NCBI RefSeq assembly: GCF_006345805.1 | Contig: NC_043021.1 | Location: 20,460,001 to 20,524,000 of the forward strand | Origin: Octopus sinensis | Lineage: Eukaryota | Length of the DNA stretch: 64,000 nucleotides | Reading direction: 5' to 3' | Shown here: piece after piece, positions 36,776 through 49,086 of the stretch | Position numbering within the stretch: position 1 is the stretch's first letter | How the letters are laid out: every line of letters begins with the position of its first letter | Made by a program: the position numbers and the translations under genes | The notes under the pieces: model-generated | Seen by the model: only the letters and a program-made list of their open reading frames with translations | Databases searched by the model: none | Told to the model about the DNA's origin: nothing

Positions 36776-38264
36776 GTAACCTCACCGGTGCCAGTGCTAT
36801 GAAAAGCAAGCACCCAGTATAGCCCCCAATGTGATTGGCATTAGGAAAGGCATCCAATCAAACCAAAACAGACGCTGAAGTTTGATGTAGTCCTCAAGCT
36901 CTTTGGATCTTGTGAAACCATCCAACCCATGCCAGCATGGAAGACAGATGTTAAATGATGATGATGATAAGCTTCCTACAGTTTCAGTCCACAAAGCATT
37001 GGTTAGCCCAGGAGCTGTAACAGAAGACACTTGCCTGAGGTAGTGTAGTGGGATTGAACCTGAAACTACATGGTCATGAAATGAACTTCTTAACCACACA
37101 GCTATGCCCAATTCACTAAATATAGATCAATGAAATAAGAGTTAGGCAGATTACTAAGTTTGATAAATATCAACTAAAAAGCGTTCAAAGCAATGCCTCA
37201 GTATGGCAGAGGCCAATGATTAAGACCAGCAATAAAAAATCTCCTTTTTTTTTTGTAACAGTATCTATATGTCATGATTTAATATGTAATCATTGTCCAC
37301 CCTGCTGGGTGGTTGGTGTTAGGAAGGGCATCCAGCTGTAAAAACCTGTGCCAATACAAACACAGAAGTCTGGTGCAGGCTCCTGTCAAACCCTCCAACC
37401 CATGCCAGCATGGAAGGCGGGTTTTAAATGATGATGATGCAAGAAGGCATTTTGGAATGACATTCTCAGTATCCCTTCTAGTTTTTGTTAAAACCCAACC
37501 CGTGATTTGTCCGTTGTCCTTCATTGCTATTCCATTCCCGGAACACACATTTAATTCATAGTTCCACACAACCCTGCAGTTCCTTTCTCCCAGACTGGTG
37601 AAATTAATGCGGCTCATGTTGAGTTGCAACATCTGCAAGCCAGTGTCCACAGGAAAAAACACGGGCAGAGCTTATCCATATGACACTGCCACCAACCCCA
37701 ACTCAGAGCTGGCAAATCAACAGAGGAAGCTGTATGTGGTTGTTCAACCTGATGAAAAGAGAAATAGCAACCAAATTACCCTCAAATCACACATGACTAT
37801 CTACCATCTTGAGAAAAGGAAGGATACATTGTACAGTTTAGCTCTAGATATATAAAAAGACAGATCTTTTCGGTTTGAATGGTAGTTTTTTCTAGCGGTG
37901 TCATATGAAATTGTCACCCATAATTATGACCCTAGTATTGATCTATTGCATTTCAATCTCTTTTAGGGTTAGGGGTGGGGGAAGGGTATCTTTTTTTCTT
38001 CACAAATGTAAATAAACCCAATCTGTTTCTTAAACGAGGGACATATTCATATGGCACAGAATGCTTTTTAACTCAATAACCACCGGACTGAAGATGCTCA
38101 TGGATGAGCGAGTGAGGTTGATGGTGTTTAATTCTTCCCTTTAAACAAAGTTACTACATAAGTCATCTTTGAAGGCCATGTCCCACCATTGCAGAGCCCA
38201 GTAAAAAAATACTTCTGTCTTTGTAACAGTAACTGCTACGTGTCATGATTTTAATGATATTTAA

Positions 38265-39105
38265 CCAGGTGTGGCTGCGTGGTAAGAAGCCTGCTTCCTA
38301 ACCACATGGTCCCAGATTCAGTTCCATTGCATGGCACCTTGAGTAAGTGTCTTCTATTATCGACTCAGGCTGGCTGAAGCCTTGTGAGTGGATTTGGTAG
38401 ATGGAAACCGAAAGAAGCCCATCATATATATATCTAGATGTGTCTTTGTATTTGTCCCTCCACCACCGCTTGACAACCAGTGTTAGTGTGTTTGCGTTGC
38501 CGTAACTTGGCAGTTCGGGGAAAAAGAGGCTGACAGGATAAGTACCAGGCTTAAAAAATAAGTCCTGGGGTCGATTTATTCGACTAAAAATTCAAGGTGA
38601 TGCCCCAGCACAGTTACAGTCTAATGACTGAAACAAGTAAAAGATAAAAAGATCCCAACGAAAGAAGGCATTTTGAACTGATGTTTTCAGTACCTTTTCT
38701 AGTTTTTGCTGAAATCCACCTAGTCCCCCATTGCTATTCCAACCGCATGGTTCCGGGTTCAGTCCCACTGCGTGACACCTTGGGCAAGTGTCTTCTACTA
38801 TAGCCTTGGGCCGACCAAAGCCTTGTAAGTGGATTTGGTAGACGGAAACTGAAAGAAGCCCGTCATATATATGTGTGTGTATATATATATATATATATGC
38901 GCGTGTGTGTTTGTCCCCCTAGCATTGCTTGACAACTGATGCTGGTGCATTTATGTCCCCGTCACTTAGCGGTTCGGCAAAAGAGACCGATAGAATAAGT
39001 ACTGGGCTTACATAAGAATAAGTCCCGGGGATTAATGGCGGTGCTCCAGCATGGCCGCAGTCAAATGACTGAAACAAGTAAAAGAGTAAAAGAGAGTAAA
39101 GAGTA
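38265..39105 (+). mobile_element. Two SINE family A copies (38265-38650 diverged; 38741-39105 near-consensus)
   Basis: Same body and tail. Confidence 0.85.
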
Positions 39106-39499
39106 AGTCCCTTCATTCGTCATTTTGTCATATGAAATATCCCATGTAGCAAAGAAACGCTACAGTAGTGACAAAGTGAATATCATCAGCATTGAAGGAC
39201 TGAACTCACTACATGACATGTATTGAAAGCTGCTTCTCCTGTTTGTTAACCTATACATATATATTTACAGTAGCCAGTCTTGAATATGTTCCGGTGGCAC
39301 GTAAAAAGCACCCACTACACTCACGGAGTGGCTGGCGTTAGGAAGGGCATCCAGCTGTAAAAACTCTGCCAGATCAAGATTGGAGCCTGGTGCAGCCATC
39401 TGGTTTGCCAGCCCTCGGTCAAAATCGTCCAACCCATGCTAACATGGAAAGTGGACGTATGATGATGACGACGATGACTATACTGCTGAGAGGAGGAAT

Positions 39500-40060
39500 T
39501 AATATGTATACTGTTTATATTAGTCGGGTCCGTGGCCGTTTGCCAGCAGCCTCGTCTGGCACCTGTGCGGGTGGCACATAAAAAGCACCCACTACACTCA
39601 CGGAGTGGTTGGCGTTAGGAAGAACATCCAGCTGTAGAAACACTGCCAGATCAGACTGGGCCTGGTGCAGCCTTCTGGCTTCCCTGACCCCAGTTGAACC
39701 GTTCAACCCATACTAGCACGGAAAGCGGACGCTAAATGAAAAAAAAATGAACTGATGTCTTCATCTTGGATGTTATTTTCACTCCATTTTGGCTGTTGTA
39801 TGCTCCAGCCTCCATCAGGTGTCTTGTACTGAACTTGGTTGTTGTACTGGAATAATTTCAGACCCAACCCTTTACAGTGAGCAGAATGAGAACAGTGTAC
39901 CCTGTTGATCAAATAAAGGGTTAAGTTCAAAATTCCAATACAACAACCGGGTCCCACCCAAGACGCCTGAAGGCTGGAGGGTACAACAACCGAAACAGAG
40001 TAAAGGTAACTAACAATCAAGTTGAGGACACCAGTCCGACTAATATAAACAGTAAACTTG
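39500..40060. mobile_element. Inverted pair of Penelope-type terminal repeats with decayed hammerheads; left arm interrupted by an RTE 3' end
   Basis: Minus arm has CTGATGG-AGGCTG...CAGCC-AAAAT at 39786-39818. Plus arm has CTGA-AGGCTG...GAAAC at 39967-39996. The shared tail ccgactaatataaacagta occurs at 40037 and inverted near 39502. Confidence 0.6.
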
Positions 40061-41140
40061 ATTATGGTATTTAGCACCAAATCAGCTCTGTTCAAGCAGA
40101 TCAAAGGCTTTCCAGCCATGACCACTTTGTCTTGATTTCGGGATTAGTGCATCTACGACTAAATCATCCAATATTTCTTTTCCTTTTCTAATGTAGTAGG
40201 GTGTGATTCAAAAGAGTTTCTGGCTGCTATATCCAGCAGGATAAGCGACCACAGTGGCTCTCCTCAGCTTGCTTCTCTTGTTTTAGTTCACTTATCTGTA
40301 AAAAAAAGACCTTCTGCCCAAAAAAGCTTTGTCTTTGTCACAGTTTTTTAAAAACAAATATCAAATTCCGCTCCCTGACTCTGATTTTTGAGGGAGGATA
40401 ACAAAAATTTAAATGTTATTCTAGGTTTCCAGTTGTTTAAAATGTTCTCAAGTCGACAGTATCAAATTGATATCATCCGCTAATTTTTCTTGGCCTTTCC
40501 ATTACTCCCTTTTTCTTTTTTTTTTAAAAAAGGATAAACTTTAGAATTTAGTTTGCTGAGGAGGCTTTCAAGATATTTTGGTTGATTGTTGCTATACATT
40601 GGTTCCAAGCCAAACTTGATTGAGCAAATCTCTGATACAGGTGATTCCAGACATGATCACACCATCTTTTTGCACATTGGGGTGCAACATTTTTTTTTTC
40701 CTTTCTATTTTTTAAACATGTAGCGTGTGATTTGAAGTAAATTTAACTGCTGTTTCTAACATATTGAGTGACTGCATAAAAGATCCTCCGCTTGGCACGT
40801 TTAGTTTTTCAGTTATTTCATTCCGTATAATCTCCGATTGAGCAGATCTGATTCAAAGCGCTCCAGCCACGAACATCCCATCTATTTGGTAATATCAGGG
40901 ACTACTTCGTCTAATGTACCGTTCCTTTGACTGATGGTGGTAATGATTTGAGGGGAATTTACTTGCTATTTCTAGTAGGTCAAGTGACAGCGTCGAAGCT
41001 CCCAAGATAATGCCCGCTGTCAGATAATAAACAATTTTCAAATTCTCTGGTCGTTGATTTTTTTCTTCTTTTTATTTTAAATTTAAACTGTGCAATATAG
41101 TTAATAAACAATATTATTTATCCCATATTATTATTCTCAC

Positions 41141-41230
41141 GTTTAAGTCGTTTATTTCTTTGAAGGTCTTTCGGTTTCAAGTTTTGCTTTGGTGACGCCA
41201 GTTTATCATTTTATATGAAAGTAATACGAA
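41141..41230 (-). other. Candidate non-coding exon 2 of the divergent transcript
   Basis: Minus-strand acceptor gaagttttcAG and donor AAAC|GTGAGA. 90 nt, stops in all three frames. Confidence 0.4.
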
Positions 41231-42129
41231 CTGAAAACTTCGGTCAAATCCACATATCAAAAGAATCAGATCATATATCTCTGATCGTTTCAAGGTAGTT
41301 GATATTTTTTTCCTCTCCTCTTCGATGACTACAAATCTATATTTTTCTTCTTTATTATTAAAGTACGATATTTCACATTTGTTTTAAAATAAAATCGTAT
41401 TTCTTTTTCTATATGTATAAATATTTTCTTGAAATAGTAGAATGCAATACAAAATATTTTCTCATCTATTGTTTCAAATTAAGACTGAGTAATTAATAAA
41501 AATAAACTTTAAAATTTGTGTAAGTACATATATATATATATATATATATTGTTTTTTTTCCAAACGTAATTGTCCATCTCATTTCTTTTTGATTCACACG
41601 AGGAAAATGATGCTTAGATATATTTATATATTTTTGCTTTAAAAAAAACCCGACAGGACAATTACCTATATTTATATTTATGCATATACGTGTGTATTTG
41701 TGTGTATATATATATAAATATATATATATATTTCAATGACATTTTCTTCGTCAGCATTTAGTAACGAAGTAGAAAAACAATATTTTTGTTTTTCTCCAGG
41801 TTTTCCATCACTTTTCGACACAAGTGTGTGTATATATATATATTATTATTATATATATATATGCATGTATGTATAATTCACACATATACACACATATATG
41901 CGTATGTATAATGTGTGTATGTTGGACAGCAGAGAGAGAGAGAGAGAGATTGGCGTTTTAAAAGGTCGCTTCAACTATTCAAACATGAAACAAAATATCC
42001 GAGTAGTTTTAGAACATTTTTTTTTTTCGTAATATATATATTTCTTCGCTTTGTCTTAATTTTTTTTTCGCATTCGAACAAATTAAGGTTATGGAAAATA
42101 TTTCAAATTTTGTAAAAAAAAAAAAAAAA

Positions 42130-42520
42130 AAAAAAAGAGCTTTTTATGGATTTGGACGACGGAGATTTCGAAGTGAATATCGCAAAGAGTCGAGACTGAA
42201 TGTTTTAATCCTAGTCGTTCCTTCCCATGTGCCGCTTCTTGATTGTCGGTGTTAAAAGTGCTGAGAGCGGTCGGGAGGCTTAGCGAATATCAAGACTAAC
42301 ACAGCTTTCACGTTAGAAGAGAGAGGGAAGTAAAATGAAATCTCAGCGAAACTCGTTAAGAATGCTAAATCAAATAATAAATGGCTCGTTCGTGGCTACG
42401 ACAATGAGAAAATAATATAATAAACATTTTGTAAGAAACTCACGTTAACGGATTCATCGTTTGGCCGCCATTTGCTAACAACAACTTCCCGACTTCCGGA
42501 ACAAGAATAACAAAAACTTT
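42130..42520. promoter_or_regulatory. CpG-rich, probably bidirectional promoter
   Basis: Non-repetitive, CpG-retaining stretch. YY1-type GCCGCCATTTG at 42464-42474 and ETS/GABP ACTTCCGG at 42492-42499, plus ACTTCCCG at 42484. Splice donors face both ways: minus at 42443, plus at 42618, 42699 and 42803. Confidence 0.75.
42444..42490 (-). other. Putative first exon of a divergent minus-strand transcript
   Basis: Minus strand reads CAAATGGCGGCCAAACGATGAATCCGTTAAC|GTGAGT, a YY1/ATG motif followed by a consensus donor. 5' end is approximate. Confidence 0.6.
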
Positions 42521-42777
42521 TTTTTTTTTTTTTTTCCAACATTTCAAACATAAATCGTATAATAATACTTTTTTAGTAAACACATTCAATACGATTAAAC
42601 GAAAAAAAATCAACCCTGTAAGTCATATTAATATTCTAACAAACAAACGCAAAATTTTGAATGAAAGCAATGTCGTAATAACCTCATCTGGTTTTACGGT
42701 AAGCATCACCGTTACCCATGGCAGCAAGAAATACAATAATGGACAGGCACCACTTGTACGACAAGCATTGAATTTAA

Positions 42778-42857
42778 TCCTGAGTAGTGTAGTAATTTAG
42801 CGGTAAGTAACCTCACATATCACGCGGAAAACTGGCGTTTGATTCCCTGCCAAGGAG
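42778..42857 (+). pseudogene. Decayed tRNA-Asp(GTC)-derived sequence
   Basis: TCCTGAGTAGTGTAGT...GGTAAGTAACCTCACATATCACGCGGAAAACTGGCGTTTGATTCCCTGCCAAGGAG aligns end to end with the canonical eukaryotic tRNA-Asp. The anticodon now reads ATC, there is an ~8-nt insertion in the D-arm and the stems are mismatched. Confidence 0.75.
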
Positions 42858-43096
42858 GTGTCTGAAGCATTGAGTCAACCAAGGAGCCTTTACGATATCT
42901 TATTGTCCATTCTACTATATTTCATTCAAGTTTTGGATGGCATTAGGACTATATAAAATCGACTTACTACTTGACTGCTAACTTTATTTTGCCGACTACC
43001 AGAAGGATAGAGTGACGTAACAAAACAGCAGGTATTGTCTTCAACGCTCTCATGCTTCTGGTAGTACCTCGCCTGTTCTTGATCCGCTAGTAATAG

Positions 43097-43298
43097 CAAC
43101 TGAATCTCCCTAAAATTACACAATACTGTCTTTAAAGTGAAAAAAAAGGTAAAATACAACGTACCTACACAACTGTGCCCCAGATCAACTCTCATCAACT
43201 GAATCTCCCTAAAATTACACAATACTGTCTTTAAAATGAAAAAAAGAGGGTAAAAATACAACATACCTACACAAGTGTACCCCAGATCAACTCTCATC
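43097..43298 (+). repeat. Two-copy tandem repeat, ~99-bp period
   Basis: caactgaatctccctaaaattacacaatactgtc...gatcaactctcatc occurs twice. Confidence 0.9.
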
Positions 43299-43785
43299 CA
43301 GCATAACTTATCATTAAAGGCTTTCCAACTGTGACCATCCCGTCTTGTGTGGTGTATGTTTTGGACATTCCTAGCCATATACACCACATTACTACTCCTT
43401 ATTCTAATAATCCTGACATCAAAGTTCCCTCTTTTAATCTCCCTCTTTTAATCTCCCTCTTTTAATCTCCTCTTTGGTCACCTGAGCAAAAGTACATGCC
43501 CTAGGTTATCTTTTATCTCTTGCTTGATTCAGTCATTAGACTGTGGCCAAGATGGAGCACTGCCTTGAAGGATTTCAACCCGATTGAACTGACCCCAGTA
43601 CCTATCGTTTAGTCAAGCCTGGTACTTGTTCTATTGGTCTCTGTTGCTGAACAGATAAACTACGGGTTCATAAACAAACCAACACCTGTTGTCAAGTCGT
43701 GGTGGGAGACAAACACTGACACAAAGACTCACACACACTCACATATTTATATAAATATATACACGATGGGCTTCTTTTAGTTTGA

Positions 43786-43802
43786 TAATAATAATAATAA
43801 TA

Positions 43803-43839
<37 letters not shown>

Positions 43840-44313
43840 TTATTGTATACAGTGCTCAGGTGCACCACAACTTGTCAGAGTATATGCAGTAATGTACAAA
43901 TGTCTGGAAAGCGAACAATGTATGAGTCAGATACATGCTTGTGTGTGTATGGAGGGGAGAAAATCAAGTGTAGTGTTGGCGATTCTCAGGAAGCATGGAA
44001 GTTTTGAAGGATGCAGTGCTCCGACAACTAACAACTGATGCCGGCAGTGTGTTCCATGCTTCAACAACTCTTAGCGTGAAAAAATGTTTCCAAAAGTCAT
44101 GGGAGCTGTGCTGTTTTCTGACTTTGTAAACATGTCTACGGGTGTTAGACAGGTGGAGTTTGAAAAGGTGCTCAAAGTTATTGTTAGTAAGATGGTTAAT
44201 AATTTTATGGGTGTCTGTCAAGTCAGCTGCCAGACGTCGGAGTGTCAATGTGTCCATGCCCAGGGAAGTAAGGCGTTCATGTGTCCATGCCCAGGGAAGT
44301 AAGGCGTTCAGGG
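43786..44313 (-). mobile_element. CR1-like LINE 3' end, family 2
   Basis: MDTLTLRRLAADL...FFTLRVVEAWNTLPASVV with an (ATT)n tail. A ~31-bp tandem duplication sits at the 5' junction. Confidence 0.85.
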
Positions 44314-45562
44314 TATGTCTATCAAATTCACTTACGAGGCTTTGGTTGGCTCAAGGCTATATTAGAAGACACTTGCATATGGTGGCACACATGGGGACTG
44401 AACCTGGAACCATGTGGTTGGGAAGCAAGCTTCTTACCACACAGCCACACCTATATTGTAAAACAGTTTGAGTACTCTCAGCACTTTATTATTTCTCACA
44501 TTCTCTTCTGGCCTTGCTACAGGCTCTGCTTTTTCCACCTCCATATGTTCCTTGTTTTACATATCTTAGCTCTATCTCTGACTACTCTCTGCTTTGCCCA
44601 GTGTACAAGGCACCACCCTTTCTGTACTGATGCTACAATAAAAAAACTTTGGTAACTCACACTCCCTCCAAAAAATGGGTGAGCGAGCCAGTCTCTCTGG
44701 TGTCGGTACCTCTAAGTATGCTCAGTACATCCTGTAAAGAGGTTGGCAAATTTGAGCAGAAAATGCATAGGTTTATGACGTCCCTTTATTCACTTCTCTA
44801 ATGTTGGTGGTATGAAAAATACATCCAGTAGACTCTGCAAAATGGCTGGCAATAGAAAAGGTATCCTTGTCGTCGTTGTCATCATCATCATTGTTTAATG
44901 TCAGTTTTCCATGCTGGCATGGGTTGAACGGTTTTGATGGAAGCTGACCAGACTCCAGTTGTCTGTTGTGGCATGGTTTCCACAGCTGGATGCTCTTCCT
45001 AACTCCAACCACTTTACAGAGTGTGCCAGCTGTTTTCTATGTGCCACCAGCATGGGTACATTTCGTGTGGCACTGGCACCTGAAAAGGACAAGCCTTTTG
45101 GATGGATGACAGCGATTTTACTTAGCTTGACGTGTCCAGCCATAGAAATCAAATCTAAGCACCTGTGCTGATGGTACCTCTGTGCCGGTGGCACGTAAAA
45201 AGCACCATCCATACGTGGTCGATGCCAGCCTCATCTGGCACCTGTGCCGGTGGCACGTTAAAAGCACCCACTACACTCACAGAGTGGTTGGTGTTAGGAA
45301 GGGCATCAAGCTGTAGAAACACTGCCAGATCAGACTGGAGCCTGGTGCAGCCTCCTGGTTTCCCAGACCCCGGTCAAACCGTCCAACCCATGCTAGCATG
45401 GAAAACGGACGTTAAACAATGATGATGATGTGTAAGCATCAGTCTATGAAAGTAGTGGCCCCCAAATGACAAGGAACATTCTTGTTCAGGGATTATGGTG
45501 CAACAAGGAGTGTATACACAAAGATTATACAAGAATAAAGATCACCAATACTTAGATATATA

Positions 45563-46117
45563 ATGAAATTATTGTATACAGTGCTCAGGTGCATCACAAC
45601 TTGTCAGAAAGTGCATATAAAGTACATGCAGTAATGTACAAATGTCTGGAAAGTGAACAATGTATGAGTCAGATACATGCTTGTGTGTGTATGGAGGGGT
45701 GAAAATCAGGTGTAGTGTTGGCGAATCTCAGAAAGCATGGAAGTTTTGAAGGATGCAGTGCTCCGACAACTAACAACTGATGCCGGCAGTTTGTTCCATG
45801 CTTCAGCAACTCTCAGCGTGAAAAAATGTTTCCTGAAGTCATGGGAGCTGTGCTGTTTTCTGACTTTGTAAATATGTCCACGGGTGTTAGACAGGTGGAG
45901 TTTGAAAAGGTGCTCAGAGTTATTGTTTGTATGATGGTTGATAATTTTATGGGTGTCTGCCAAGTCAGCTGCCACACGTCGGCGTGTCAATGTGTCCATG
46001 CCCAGGGAAGTAAGGCGTTCAGGATATGGCAAATGCCTGATGGAGGGTACTTTTTTGGTTGCACATCGCTGAACGGCTTCCAAACGATTGATATCCTGGG
46101 CAATGTTACGCAATAAG
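45563..46117 (-). mobile_element. CR1-like LINE 3' end, family 2
   Basis: INRLEAVQRCATKKVPSIRHLPYPERL...RVAEAWNKLP, an open 135-aa tip. Confidence 0.9.
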
Positions 46118-46831
46118 AGGTATAATTACTCTGAGATTTATATAACAAGAAGGAGCATTAATACTGAAGATTATACAGGACAATGGATACCCACACTTAG
46201 AGATTATACAACAAGAAGCATCTACACTCTGAGGTTGCACAATAACAACAAAAATCATGAGCATCTACACTTTAAGACTACAGTGGCTGTTGGTAAGAAG
46301 TTAACTTCCCAACCACATGGTTCCAGGTTCAAGCCCACTGTGGGACAACTTAGGCACATGTCTTCTGCTTTAGCTCCAGACTGACTAAAACTTTGTGGGT
46401 GGATTTGGTTGACAGAAACTGAAAGAAGCCTGTCATATATATATATCTATTTTTTTACTACTCACAAGGGGCTAAACATAGAAGGGACAAACAAGGACAG
46501 ACAAACGGATTAAGTCGATTATATCGACCCCAATGCGTAACTGGTACTTATTTAATCGACTCCAAAAGGATGAGAGGCAAAGGGGACCTCGGCGGAATTT
46601 GAACTCAGAACGTAACAGCAGACGAAATATGGATACGCATTTCACCCGGCGTGCTAACGTTTCTGCCAATATCATCATCATCATTATCATTTAACGTCCG
46701 CTTTCCATGTTGCTTGGGTTGGTTGGTTTGACAGGAGCTGACGAGGCAGAAGACTGCACCAGGGTTCGGTGTCTGTTTTAGCATGTTTTTTTTTTTAATA
46801 GCTGGATGTCCTTCCTAACACCAATCATATA

Positions 46832-47230
46832 CTCTCTCTTTTTACTTGTTTCAGTCATTTGACTGCAGCCATGCTGGAGCACTGCCTTTAGTCGAGGAAA
46901 TCGACCCCAGGGCGTATTCTTTGTAAACCTAGTACTTATTCTATCGGTTTCTTTTTGCCGAACTGCTAACTTATGGGAACGTAAACACACCAGCATCGGT
47001 TGTCAAGCGATGTTGGGGGGACAAACACACACACATATATATATATATATATACACATACATATATACGATAGGCTTCTTTCAGTTTCTGTCTACCAAAT
47101 CCACTCACAAGGCTTTGGTTGGCCCAAGGCTATAGTAGAAGACACTTACCCAAGGTGCCACGCTGTGGGACTGAACCTGGAACCATGTGGTTGGTAAACA
47201 AGCTACTTACCACACAGCCACTCCTGCACT
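46832..47230 (-). mobile_element. SINE family A
   Basis: Full-length reverse copy. Confidence 0.88.
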
Positions 47231-47600
47231 ATATATATATATATATATATATATCATGTATGTATATGCATATATATGTGTTACAGCTGCCTTGACATTT
47301 CCTGTTACTTGTGAGTGAGTGTTACCACGATGCAAGTGGTGTCCTTTGTTCCAAATCTTCCTTGAAAACATGTCTGGTGATGAGAAATAATTCCTTACTG
47401 GGAAACAGATGAAGGTCGGTAACAGGAAGGATATCCTCCAGAGAAAAACCACCTCAACGTAATTCTATCCAACCTCTGCAAGCATAGAAAAGTGGATTCT
47501 AAAAACGCTGACAGTGGTGATGACAATTTCATGCTTTTCTTATATTTTCAGTATTAAAGATTGCATATCATCATCATCATCATCATCATTATCATAAATA

Positions 47601-47704
47601 ATGGATATTAGCAGCAATTGTTCCAGTGAAGGAGACATCATACAAGAGGAACTGGTGGAGCCGGGGGATTCTGATGATGCCCAGAGTAGTGAAGAGAAAT
47701 CTAT
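47601..47704 (+). CDS. ERICH6: ERICH6/FAM194-like gene, coding exon 1 (MDISSNCSSEGDIIQEELVEPGDSDDAQSSEEKS)
   Basis: Acceptor tattttcAG at 47551. In-frame TAA at 47595 lies upstream of ATG 47601. Donor AT|GTGAGT, phase 2. The symbol rests on recalled motif similarity in later exons, not a search. Confidence 0.8.
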
Positions 47705-47993
47705 GTGAGTTCCTTTGTAAAATTGATATTTACTTTTTAATTCATTAGTTTTATTCTCTGAAGTTTAGTATTGCTCTTTACTCTCTTTTACTCTTTTACT
47801 TGTTTCAGGCATCTGACTGCGGCCATGCTGGAGCACCGCCTTTAGTCGAGCAAATCGACCCCAGGACTTATTCTTTGTAAGCCCAGTACTTATTCTATCG
47901 GCCTCTTTTTCCCCGAACCGCTAAGTTACGGGGAAGTTAACACACCAGCATTGGTCGTCAAGCGATGTTGTGGGGGACAAACACAGACACACA

Positions 47994-48050
<57 letters not shown>

Positions 48051-48124
48051 ATACATATACATATACATATATACGACGGTCTTCTTTCAGTTTCCGTCTA
48101 CCAAATCCACTGCCCAGCATGCTA

Positions 48125-48600
48125 ACGATTCTTATTTCTTTATTGCCCACAAGGGGCCAAACATAGAGGGGACAAACAAGGACAGACAAAGGGATTAAGT
48201 CGATTACATCGACCCCAGTGCATAACTGGTACTTAATTTATTGACTTCAAAAGAATGAAAGGCAAAGTTGACCTCAGCGGAATTTGAACTTAGAACGTAA
48301 CAGCAGACGAAATACCTATTTCTTTACTACCCACAAGGGGCTAAACACAGAGAGGACAAACAAGGACAGACAAACGGATTAAGTCGATTGCATCGACCCC
48401 AGTGCATAACTGGTACTTAATTTATCGAACCCAAAAGGATGAAAGGAAAAGTCGACCCCTGCGGAATTTGAACTCAGAATGTAGCGACGAAATACCGCTA
48501 AGTATGCATTTCACCCGGCGTGCTAACGATTCTGTCAGCAGACAAAATACCACTAAGCATTTCGCCTGACGTGCTAACGACTCTGCCAGCTCACCGCCTT
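48125..48600 (-). mobile_element. Tandem SINE family B copies
   Basis: Two bodies plus a duplicated head. A comparable plus-strand tandem lies at 55015-55390. Confidence 0.8.
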
Positions 48601-49007
48601 TGTATAACAATATTGACGAAACTTAATCACAATGGCTAGGATTTTCTTTTGCGAAATAGAAAATATTTATATATTTTAATTCATTCTTAATATAAAAACC
48701 ATGTCAGAGCAGGCAGTCTTTGACCCTATCAAATCTTATCAAGCTGTTGCCTCCGTGCCAGCCTGGTACATGGATATTAAATGTCAATATATGTAGGTGA
48801 AGAAAGTTTGGGAAAATAGTTATTGTACAATTGATTATTAAAAAGAAAAAAATTCCATATAGTATCCCAAGGGTGTGGGAGTGGCTGTGTGGTAAGTAGC
48901 TTGCTTATGAACCACATGGTTCTGTGTTCAGTCCTACTGCGTGGCACCTTGGGCAAGTGTCTTCTACTACGGCCTCAGTTGACAGAAACTGAAAGAATCC
49001 CGTCGTA

Positions 49008-49086
<79 letters not shown>

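Noticed and set aside
42444-42457. ATG AAT CCG TTA AC| reads MNPLT, the N-terminus of RBMX2/Ist3
   Set aside because: No RRM exons (WHxxYKDSAW, GEIVNINL, YEDQRST) were found by eye on the minus strand within the window. Five residues are not enough.
42926-43387. 153-aa minus-strand ORF with an internal repeat
   Set aside because: Length is inflated by the 99-bp tandem duplication, and no family was recognised.
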